Shown: positions 1-7,329 of the stretch, piece after piece
Layout: each line of letters begins with the position of its first letter
Position numbering within the stretch: the stretch's first letter is position 1
Origin: Promethearchaeum syntrophicum
GTDB lineage: Archaea; Asgardarchaeota; Lokiarchaeia; Sigyniarchaeales; Promethearchaeaceae
Direction: 5' to 3'
DNA length: 32,000 nt
Assembly: GCF_008000775.2 (NCBI RefSeq)
Contig: NZ_CP042905.2
Location: 870,001 to 902,000 of the forward strand
Position numbers and translations under genes: made by a program
Notes under the pieces: model-generated
The model's input: the letters and a program-made list of their open reading frames with translations, nothing else
The model's database searches: none
What the model was told of the DNA's origin: nothing

Positions 1-718
1 CGACCATATTTGAATAATTACCAATATTTTTCATATAATTAATAAAATAACCGATTCCAGCCCCGCTAATACCCATCATTTCCGCTGCAATGACACACAT
101 CCAACCTACTCCAATTGCCACTCTTAATCCAGTGATAATACTTGGTAATATTGATGGCAAAATTACATCCCATGCGATTTGTGATCTTGACGCACCCAAA
201 GATTTTGCAACATCTTGGTATACTTTTGAGCTTTGGCGAACTCCATCATATATATTTTGTAATAATGGAAAAAAAGCTCCCATAAAAATTATAAAAGCAT
301 GGGATGTGGTTGTTAATCCAAATGTAATTATTGCAAATGGGATCCAGGCTATTGGGGGAATTGGGCGAATCATTTCAATTATTGGTTTAATTATTCCATC
401 TAAGAAAGGGTTTACTGCTATTGCAATCCCTAAAGGTATTGCAATGATAAATGCATAGAGAACCCCTATAAAAACTCGAAATAGACTTGCACCTACATGT
501 TCTAATAGTGTAACTCCATCAACTGGATTCCAAAATAGAATAAAAAATGATTTGAACGCCTCATGAGGAAAAGGAACTACACTTATCCCATTATATGAAA
601 GTTGGAGAATTAAAACAAAAATATACCATAATACAATGAATAATGCAAATCCTAATACAATATTAACAGTAATTCGGACATTCGGCTTTTTTTGAATTTC
701 AATTGAAGTTTTTTCCAT
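1..718 (-). CDS. ABC transporter permease, NitT/TauT (SsuC/TauC-like) family; the gene runs off the left window edge
   Basis: Absent from the supplied ORF track because it is truncated by the edge. My minus-strand translation from the ATG at 718 reads MEKTSIEIQKKPNVRITVNIVLGFALFIVLWYIFVLILQ... It is multi-TM, and further in it carries a binding-protein-dependent permease signature: AKSLGASRSQIAWDVILPSILPSIITGLRVAIGVGWMCVIAAEM. The + ORF 90..458 is its antisense shadow. Confidence 0.8.
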   Translation of the reverse strand, partial: MEKTSIEIQKKPNVRITVNIVLGFALFIVLWYIFVLILQLSYNGISVVPFPHEAFKSFFILFWNPVDGVTLLEHVGASLFRVFIGVLYAFIIAIPLGIAIAVNPFLDGIIKPIIEMIRPIPPIAWIPFAIITFGLTTTSHAFIIFMGAFFPLLQNIYDGVRQSSKVYQDVAKSLGASRSQIAWDVILPSILPSIITGLRVAIGVGWMCVIAAEMMGISGAGIGYFINYMKNIGNYSNMV

Positions 719-774
719 ATTTTTTCCTTCTAATTATACTTCTTTCAATTAATTCTAGATTTTATTTTTTATTT

Positions 775-1422
775 CTATTTATCATTCCGAGTAATTTTCA
801 TATAAAACACTTCATTACGTATTTGTATTTCACAACTACAATTAATAGGATCTTTTTCTAAGACAGTTTTAAAATATTGGCTCCAATATTTTCCATATTT
901 TATTTGGTTAAAGTTGTGATAAAATGCAATTTCGAAATTTCTTCCATAATTTATGTCTTTTGGCTTATCTTGAGCTTTTATTTGAATTTGCCAAAAATAA
1001 TTCCCTGCTATCCAAATACTTCTAATTGCATTCAAAATTTCATACAAAGTTAAAGTGGAAATATCATTGGTATTATGAAACCATTCGATTAATTGAACAC
1101 AATTGTTATTTTCTTGTGGTTCTGTGGGAATTTTATCAATATACGACATGAATGTTGTGCGTCCGACTGCTACCATGCTGAAATCACTTCTCATTAAGTG
1201 CCACAATTTGTATGGGTCGAGATTTCTTTTTTTTATATCATCTAATAAGTGATCCCGTATTTTTATTAAATCCACGGCTTCTTCAATGACCCTAGAAAGA
1301 CTTCCATAGGATATAGACAATTTTTTCATAGTATCATACGTTTCCTTAGAAACTGTAGTATGAATGTGCTGTTTTTCTGATTTCATGAAATTTTTTCCCA
1401 CACTTTTGATCATTATGAACAC
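775..1422 (-). CDS. Hypothetical protein with an N-terminal ribbon-helix-helix-like segment; possible DNA-binding regulator
   Basis: 215-aa ORF. The N-terminus (HIHTTVSKETYDTMKKLSISYGSLSRVIEEAVDLI) has a beta-strand/helix/helix pattern like CopG/RHH proteins. I do not recognise the rest. A more likely start is the internal ATG at 1386 (MKSEKQ...). Confidence 0.45.
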   Translation of the reverse strand: MFIMIKSVGKNFMKSEKQHIHTTVSKETYDTMKKLSISYGSLSRVIEEAVDLIKIRDHLLDDIKKRNLDPYKLWHLMRSDFSMVAVGRTTFMSYIDKIPTEPQENNNCVQLIEWFHNTNDISTLTLYEILNAIRSIWIAGNYFWQIQIKAQDKPKDINYGRNFEIAFYHNFNQIKYGKYWSQYFKTVLEKDPINCSCEIQIRNEVFYMKITRNDK

Positions 1423-1510
1423 GAGTGTTCATAAAGGTCTGTTACTTCTAAGATCTTAATAGATATAAATTTTGATGATTTTGAATCAAAATTCTATCGG
1501 AGTTTAGAAA

Positions 1511-2521
1511 ATGGTATCAAGAAAAAATAAAGCATTATTATTGATTTCTATTTTAATGTTAACAGGTATAACTGCCGTTTCTATCTACTTCGTGGATAAA
1601 AATAGAGCAGATGTAAAAATAGGTTTTTTAGAAGGGGATTTACATCAACTCGCATTCTATGTTGCTAGAGAAAATGGTTTTTATGAAAAAGAAAATATAA
1701 CGATTAAAGGAGTTTCCTTTGCGAATGGTGGTGATGTAATGACTTCATTTGCTGCTAGTAAAAGAAGCATTGATATGGCATATTTTGGGTTTGCTCCTGC
1801 CCTTTATCACAGATTTAATAATCCAGCAGCAAATATTACAGTTTTAGCTGGTGTAAACGTAAATGGATCTGCATTGATTGTGAAAAACGATTCATCAATT
1901 CAAACAGGAGCAGACCTTGAAGGACTTAAAATTGCAGTTCCAGCTCGACACAATATGCAAGATTTTATATTGAGTATGATCCTCAACAATTCAGGATTAA
2001 CATATGGTGATATCGATTTAGAGGTAGGAACTACACCTTCAGATATGGTTATAAAATTACAAGGTGGTTCAATTGATGGATATGTCGCTTGGGAACCTCA
2101 TTGCATTAAAGGAACTATAAATGATGTCGGAAAATATCTCTATAAAAGCAGTGATGTGTGGGCAAATCATCCCTGTTGCATTATCGCAACTCATAATGAA
2201 TTCTTAGAAAATAATGCATCAATTGTAAACAGCGTATTAAAAGTTCATAAACAAGCAACTGATTGGATTTTGAAAAATTGGGATGCCGCAAAAGCAATTG
2301 CAATGGACAAAATGAATTTAAGCGAAATACAAGCATCCATTGCTATGGCAAATATTGGATATGTTTATGATATGGATCTTGCTCAGATGGAATTATTTGT
2401 CGAAAAATTAGTAAAATTAAATCCCGGTATCAGTATGGATTCAGAAAATATACCTGCAGGATTGAATGCATCTACATTTATCGATTGGTTTGTGGATCCT
2501 TCGTATATTGAAGCTTTGTAA
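1511..2521 (+). CDS. ABC transporter substrate-binding protein, NMT1/SsuA-like (NitT/TauT family), membrane-anchored
   Basis: N-terminal hydrophobic anchor (ALLLISILMLTGITAVSIYF), then a periplasmic-binding-protein pattern: KIGFLEGDLHQLAFYVA...GLKIAVPARHNMQDFIL...IDGYVAWEP. Sits near the matching permease at 1..718. Confidence 0.75.
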   Translation: MVSRKNKALLLISILMLTGITAVSIYFVDKNRADVKIGFLEGDLHQLAFYVARENGFYEKENITIKGVSFANGGDVMTSFAASKRSIDMAYFGFAPALYHRFNNPAANITVLAGVNVNGSALIVKNDSSIQTGADLEGLKIAVPARHNMQDFILSMILNNSGLTYGDIDLEVGTTPSDMVIKLQGGSIDGYVAWEPHCIKGTINDVGKYLYKSSDVWANHPCCIIATHNEFLENNASIVNSVLKVHKQATDWILKNWDAAKAIAMDKMNLSEIQASIAMANIGYVYDMDLAQMELFVEKLVKLNPGISMDSENIPAGLNASTFIDWFVDPSYIEAL

Positions 2522-2637
2522 TCTTTTCTTCAATCATTATATTTTTTTTATTACATTTTATTTCATCTAATAAATGGACAAATCAGAGGTAATATATATA
2601 AGATCTAAATACAAAAATGATATGAGAGAGATAATAA

Positions 2638-3624
2638 GTGGAAAACCTTGATGATGTATTGCCTTACCTAAAATTAAGAGATGGGGAAGAAATTTTGTTT
2701 GCGAAACGATTCGAAGGAGCCATTCCAATTACATGGTTAGCAAAATATCATGAACCAGAGAAATTTCCAGAACATTTAATTACAATAAAGAAAGAACATT
2801 ATTTTTTTGATCAATTGGATATTATAACCAACTTTCGACTCATAAAATTTGGCATAAACTATATTTACATGGAAAAAGATAGAGTAACCCCGCTTTCGGA
2901 GATTTTTCATCATGAAAATTTGTTTCTTTGGGTCAATTTAGAAGATATTATTGATTTCAATGTCCATTTTGAGTTAGTAAAAGATGGTTATGGAGGAATG
3001 GGATTTAAATTCATTGGAAAAGGAAGGTTGATTGTCAAAGAGAACCCTCTTCACTTCACAGGTTATAATTACGAAGAATATTGTCAAGTCCGAGATATTG
3101 CGGTAAAACTATTAAAATTTGATAAGCAAGAAATTGATAAAAATGAAGATATGAAAATTCAAGAGATTATAAAAAATGTTGATAAAATGTCTGTCCCGAT
3201 GTTTCTTGGAGTCATAATTATTGGATTATTTGTATTTGTCCTCAGTACTCCGATTGATGCCCAAAATCTTTCAGAATTTATTCTTTTTCATCCATTTGTT
3301 AGTCTATATGCGGTATATATGCTGTTTTTTCTGCTGTTTAATATTATAACCCGTTGGATACTTCATCAAAAGTCTAAAGAAAAGAAATTTTTCACTTTGA
3401 TGAAGTTTAGTTTTGCTTGGTATATAGGACCAGGATATTCTTTAGCATTTTTTGGTATAGGAATTGGAGTATTGATGGTATATGGTGGACTTTCAAGTGT
3501 TATGGATAATAAATTGATTGCTTTGCTAATATCTTTAGGATTTTGGGAACTTGTTTTAGTATTTGCATTTGGGTTCGATATATACATTCATAAAAAAAAA
3601 AAAAAAAGCAAAAAAAGTCACTGA
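2638..3624 (+). CDS. Hypothetical membrane protein: about 190-aa soluble N-terminal domain plus 4-5 TM helices and a poly-Lys C-terminus
   Basis: GTG start. The N-terminal part (LRDGEEILFAKRF...ITNFRLIKFG) weakly resembles bacterial PH/GRAM-like domains; this call is weak. The hydrophobic C-terminal half ends in HKKKKKSKKSH, encoded by an A16 run. Confidence 0.55.
   Translation: MENLDDVLPYLKLRDGEEILFAKRFEGAIPITWLAKYHEPEKFPEHLITIKKEHYFFDQLDIITNFRLIKFGINYIYMEKDRVTPLSEIFHHENLFLWVNLEDIIDFNVHFELVKDGYGGMGFKFIGKGRLIVKENPLHFTGYNYEEYCQVRDIAVKLLKFDKQEIDKNEDMKIQEIIKNVDKMSVPMFLGVIIIGLFVFVLSTPIDAQNLSEFILFHPFVSLYAVYMLFFLLFNIITRWILHQKSKEKKFFTLMKFSFAWYIGPGYSLAFFGIGIGVLMVYGGLSSVMDNKLIALLISLGFWELVLVFAFGFDIYIHKKKKKSKKSH
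3592..3607. repeat. A16 homopolymer inside the 3' end of CDS 2638..3624
   Basis: Counted directly: A at every position 3592..3607. It encodes KKKKK plus the first base of AGC. Confidence 0.95.
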
Positions 3625-3778
3625 TAAGAATGTTGAAGCGTTTTAGATATATTTCATGCATTTTTATTTTAATTTTTCTTGTTTTTTTCATTATTTATCG
3701 TAAAGCCTATAACGATAATTCATTAATATGGGCAAACATGAAATTAATTGTTGGTGAAAAAAAATTCCTACAGATTTT

Positions 3779-5005
3779 TTGAAAAACTCGATTTGTGGAT
3801 TCTATTGGATTCGATCAAGCGGTATTCCGTTTTTTAAATGGTTTTCTGAAGAATTTTTTGAAAAGAAATGGAATACAGACAATTTATTTTTTTCAGGTTT
3901 TTTTTCAGCGCTAAATTCATCTGCAGATACATTCTTTGAAAACTCACCTCTCTCTCTTATTGAATTTGCAGATTACAGAGTTTATTGTAACACAATTCGT
4001 TCCGGTGATATTTTTGTCTTAATTACTTTGAAAGATTTCCCTAAGATAATTTCAGAGAAACTCATGAATAAAATGGTTGAGCAATATTATGAAACTGTTC
4101 TTTCAAACGATATTTTAGAAACTAAAGAGGAAAAAGATGTAAGAGTTCAATTTTTAAAATATATAGACGAAATAGAAGAGAACATAAAAGACGGAACTAA
4201 AATTTTAACTCTAAAAGAAAAAAATTTTAGAGATCAAGAAAAAAAAAAGAGTGTCAGTGCCACACAATTACATAAAAATATAAATCAATCCAATCAAGAA
4301 CTCCAAACAAAGGTAAATGATTTGGAGTCAAAAATAAAATCCATAGATATGGTAACAAAAACTATCGCGCATACATTTAATAATCTATTATCTTCAATCC
4401 TTGGATATGTAAGTTTACTCAAGGTTGACTATGAAAATGCGGAATTTTTCGATACTCTTGAGGAAATGGAACATTCGTCATTGCGGGCTCGAGATTTAAC
4501 ATCACAGTTATTAACTTTAGTAAAAAGTTTAGACTCTCATTCTAAGAAAATTGAAGGACGACAAAAAAAAGAATCATTACCGGTTCATACTAAACCGATT
4601 GAAAGCGATTCTCAAATTATAAAAGGAAGAGGAAGAATTTTAGTATTAGATGACGAAAAAACGATTTTAGATGTTGCAAATAAGATGTTATCTCATCTAG
4701 GGTATAATGTAAGTGGAGCTATTTTTCTTGAACAAGCTATTGAAATGTATCGCGTAAGTCTAAAAAAAGGAAGAAAATATGCGGCAGTAATTTTAGATCT
4801 ATCCGAATTAGGTGGATCGGAAGGATATGGCTTGAAATTATGGAAAGAGGTAGATCCTGATGTTAAAACAATCATAAGTAGTGGATATGCTGATGATCCT
4901 ATTTTTGAAGATTATAAAAAATATGGTATCAAGGCAGTATTAAAAAAACCGTATGATATTGCTAAATTGAGTAAAATTCTCTACGAAGTTATCAGTTCAA
5001 AATAA
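3779..5005 (+). CDS. Roadblock/LC7-like domain - coiled coil - HisKA (phosphoacceptor) - receiver (REC) protein; no HATPase_c domain visible
   Basis: The N-terminus (GFYWIRSSGIPFF...LFFSGFFSALNSSADTF...LSLIEFADYRVYCNTIRSGDIFVLITL...ISEKLMNKMVEQY) fits the Roadblock/MglB strand-helix-strand-strand-helix pattern. The H-box is TIAHTFNNLLSSILGYVSLL, with the His codon at 4370..4372. The REC domain has ILVLDDE, AAVILDLSE (Asp codon 4796..4798), ISSGY and LKKPY. Only about 30 aa separate HisKA from REC. The start is a TTG; the in-frame upstream ATG at 3728 hits a TGA at 3755, so the N-terminus is uncertain. Confidence 0.75.
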   Translation: MKNSICGFYWIRSSGIPFFKWFSEEFFEKKWNTDNLFFSGFFSALNSSADTFFENSPLSLIEFADYRVYCNTIRSGDIFVLITLKDFPKIISEKLMNKMVEQYYETVLSNDILETKEEKDVRVQFLKYIDEIEENIKDGTKILTLKEKNFRDQEKKKSVSATQLHKNINQSNQELQTKVNDLESKIKSIDMVTKTIAHTFNNLLSSILGYVSLLKVDYENAEFFDTLEEMEHSSLRARDLTSQLLTLVKSLDSHSKKIEGRQKKESLPVHTKPIESDSQIIKGRGRILVLDDEKTILDVANKMLSHLGYNVSGAIFLEQAIEMYRVSLKKGRKYAAVILDLSELGGSEGYGLKLWKEVDPDVKTIISSGYADDPIFEDYKKYGIKAVLKKPYDIAKLSKILYEVISSK

Positions 5006-5029
5006 TAAGAGGTATTTTTTTCAAATTCT

Positions 5030-6439
5030 CTAAATTTTCTCAGCGACAAATGGTTTTAGTGCATATAGTGCTAAGATGAATAAAGGTATCAGAGCCAGTT
5101 CCACAAATATCGATATTATAAAAGGCATTTGGTGACTTATTATCCAAGCATAGCCTCCGAGTATTGGACCAATCACTCCTCCAAGCAGACCAACCCACTG
5201 CCGAATTCCAAAAATCTTCCCCCGATGAGTTTTTGAAAATCTACTTAGGAAATTCTGTAAAATCAACATACCTAACCAAGCAAAAACCATATCAAAAACT
5301 AAAAGTAACCCGAAAATCCATTCTGAGGGTGAATTAATCAAAAACCAAGTAATCGATGCCCCCAAAATTCCCGTAATTAATATCGTAATTCTAGGATTTA
5401 TTTTGTCTGCTAAAACACCTAATTTTGGGGCAAGTAGCTGTGCGATCAATTCACTTGGTAAATAAACAAGCATTACTAATATCGGGTTTTGAACAAAATT
5501 TTCAATTAAATAGGGTTGAAGGTAAGGATATGAAAGCGATTGATTTATGCTGGTCAACATAAATGCCAGCATAAAAGTAATAAACCCAAAAACCAACAAA
5601 CTCTTTCGATTATTATTATTATTATTATTTTCAGATTTTTCAAGATTAGAGTTTTCTTTGGTAACTAAATCAATAACTATCGAGGATTCTGGATCATTTT
5701 CTAATGAAGACATATAGATATCATAAGTTAGATTTTCATCAGTTTTTTTAAAAAATATAATCCCTGCATATATATTTGAAAAAGTGAATAGTAAAAGAGG
5801 GCTATAAACAACCCAAGTCATATCTGGAATGAATGTATATGAGATTGCAAAAATTGTAAGACTGATTAATGAACCGAATAAATTTCCCATTCCAATTTTT
5901 CCCCCCCTTTTTCCAAAAGCGGCTGCTCTGTAGGTTTTATAAGATTTTTGAGATATTAAAGCGTCTAAGGGTGTCCAAAAAAACCCTACTGCAAATCCAA
6001 GGAAAAATATTGCAAATGCAAACCCCAAAAATGATTTGAAGATAATTGATAAATACATAATAATATACGAAATTGCACGACCAAATGACCCTATTAAAAC
6101 CAGTATTTTCTTTGAATATTTATCAGTAAGATACCCCACAATCAATGCTGATATTAACCCTCCGATTGTGCTTCCTGAAACAACAAATCCCAAATCAGTT
6201 CCGCTACCCCCTAATATTTGTAATGTGGCATAAGGCATTAGAAATGAAAAGAAGAAAAATCCTAAACTATTCCAAAAAATAATTTGAAGCATCGGTTTAA
6301 AATCGGGAGTCACCAATTCTTCCTTGTCTTTTTCAAAATCCTTCGGTTTTTTTGGTGATTTAATTTTTTTAGAAATAGTCGGTTTATCCAATATCTTTCC
6401 AGATTCAGATAAACTCTTCGGGGTGCTTGGGGGTGGCAA
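5030..6439 (-). CDS. MFS transporter with a Lys/Pro-rich N-terminal extension and an Asn-rich central loop
   Basis: About 12 hydrophobic helices. MFS motif-A-like GYLTDKYSKKILVLIGSFGRA. The central loop contains NNNNNN. The annotated start is TTG; the ATG at MLQIIFWNS... (about aa 50) is an alternative. Confidence 0.8.
   Translation of the reverse strand: MPPPSTPKSLSESGKILDKPTISKKIKSPKKPKDFEKDKEELVTPDFKPMLQIIFWNSLGFFFFSFLMPYATLQILGGSGTDLGFVVSGSTIGGLISALIVGYLTDKYSKKILVLIGSFGRAISYIIMYLSIIFKSFLGFAFAIFFLGFAVGFFWTPLDALISQKSYKTYRAAAFGKRGGKIGMGNLFGSLISLTIFAISYTFIPDMTWVVYSPLLLFTFSNIYAGIIFFKKTDENLTYDIYMSSLENDPESSIVIDLVTKENSNLEKSENNNNNNNRKSLLVFGFITFMLAFMLTSINQSLSYPYLQPYLIENFVQNPILVMLVYLPSELIAQLLAPKLGVLADKINPRITILITGILGASITWFLINSPSEWIFGLLLVFDMVFAWLGMLILQNFLSRFSKTHRGKIFGIRQWVGLLGGVIGPILGGYAWIISHQMPFIISIFVELALIPLFILALYALKPFVAEKI
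5609..5629. repeat. (ATT)7 / (AAT)7 trinucleotide microsatellite within the MFS CDS
   Basis: Direct count of attattattattattattatt at 5609..5629. It encodes the poly-Asn run (ENNNNNNR) in the central cytoplasmic loop. Confidence 0.9.
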
Positions 6440-6669
6440 TTAAATTTATTCCTTCAGTAAATTGTAAATCCTACCTTTTAAAACCCAGAAAATTTATTAA
6501 AATTTTGGAAAAATGTGTAACTATGTGGGATTAAATCTCTACAAAAAAAAGTGCAACTTTATATTCTAAAAAACTTGTCTCTAAAAATTTTTATGATATG
6601 TAAAATGGCTTTATTTGGATTTAAAGGGAATTTGATGTGAAATATCAAATCCAATTTCCAAGATGGATT

Positions 6670-6773
6670 GCCTTTGTAGTCTAGCGGCTATTACGCTGCC
6701 TTGGTATTAAATGGACAATTCGCTCCATTTTCAAAACAGGCAGATGTCGAGAGTTCGAATCTCTCCAAAGGCT
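6670..6773 (+). tRNA. tRNA-Thr (anticodon GGU) with a 31-nt intron at the canonical 37/38 position (6707..6737)
   Basis: Folded by hand. Acceptor GCCTTTG/CAAAGGC is perfect. D-loop AGCGGCTA has the conserved A14 and GG. Anticodon stem CTGCC/GGCAG is perfect and the loop is TT-GGT-A | intron | A. Variable loop ATGTC. T-arm GAGAG-TTCGAAT-CTCTC is canonical, and the discriminator is T. The intron has an AAATGG/CCATTT hairpin. Weak point: the D-stem GTCT/TTAC gives only 2 Watson-Crick pairs. Confidence 0.75.
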
Positions 6774-6915
6774 ATTTAACTCTTTTTAATTTTTAATCGT
6801 TTAGTTTTATTTGTAGGTTTCCTCGTCACCATTGCAATACTAGTCCTATTTTCTTCTAAAGCACAGAAAATCTAATTTTTTAGTATATTAAAAATTAATA
6901 GGGTTTTTATTCCTC

Positions 6916-7257
6916 TTAATTATTCTGAAATTCTTCAATTGCATTAATAACAATCCCAGAATACATCATTGAAGGGCCTCCCCCCAACAATCCCGTGACC
7001 ATACATGCTTCTAATAATTCATCTCGAGTTGCTCCAAAATCAAGCGCTTTTTTTGTATGATAAACAATACACCACTCACATTTTTGAGCCACGCTAACAG
7101 AGACCATTATAATCTGTTTCATTTTAGCTGAGAGTACACCGTCTTTTTCAGCACTATGAATATATTTAGTGAATCCTTTTATTGCAGTTGGATTAAATTC
7201 GTTTAATTGATTGAAAGTTTTTTTTGCTTCTTCATTTAGAGCTTTTGCAGATTTCAT
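6916..7257 (-). CDS. Carboxymuconolactone decarboxylase (AhpD-like/CMD) family protein
   Basis: 113 aa with the family CxxC-xxxH motif (AQKCEWCIVYH) and the typical all-helical pattern ...LSAKMKQIIMVSVSVA... Confidence 0.85.
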   Translation of the reverse strand: MKSAKALNEEAKKTFNQLNEFNPTAIKGFTKYIHSAEKDGVLSAKMKQIIMVSVSVAQKCEWCIVYHTKKALDFGATRDELLEACMVTGLLGGGPSMMYSGIVINAIEEFQNN

Positions 7258-7329
7258 ACTTATTTAAAGAAATCGTCAAAAATAAAGGATCACAAATAAA
7301 TATCATACTTTAGAATTATGAAAAAATGC

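Noticed and set aside
90-458. 122-aa + strand ORF from the ORF track
   Set aside because: It lies entirely antisense to a much better minus-strand gene, the ABC permease at 1..718 with a recognisable family signature. Its own sequence has no recognisable motif and looks like an antisense shadow.
3728-3781. Upstream ATG (3728) or a frameshift at the A8 run (3757..3764) as the true start of the Roadblock-HisKA-REC gene
   Set aside because: The ATG at 3728 is in frame but meets a TGA at 3755..3757. The ATG at 3738 is in another frame and stops at 3780..3782. Linking either would require an unsupported frameshift, so I kept the TTG at 3779 with low confidence in the exact start.
6440-6669. C/D-box sRNA or another ncRNA in intergenic regions (also 13676..13764, 21979..22082, 24193..24384, 27924..28050)
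   Set aside because: I scanned by eye for RUGAUGA...CUGA pairs at the proper 50-70 nt spacing and found none. The hairpin ATTTGAT-GTGAAAT-ATCAAAT at about 6634..6654 sits where the tRNA-Thr promoter should be and is not convincing as an RNA gene.
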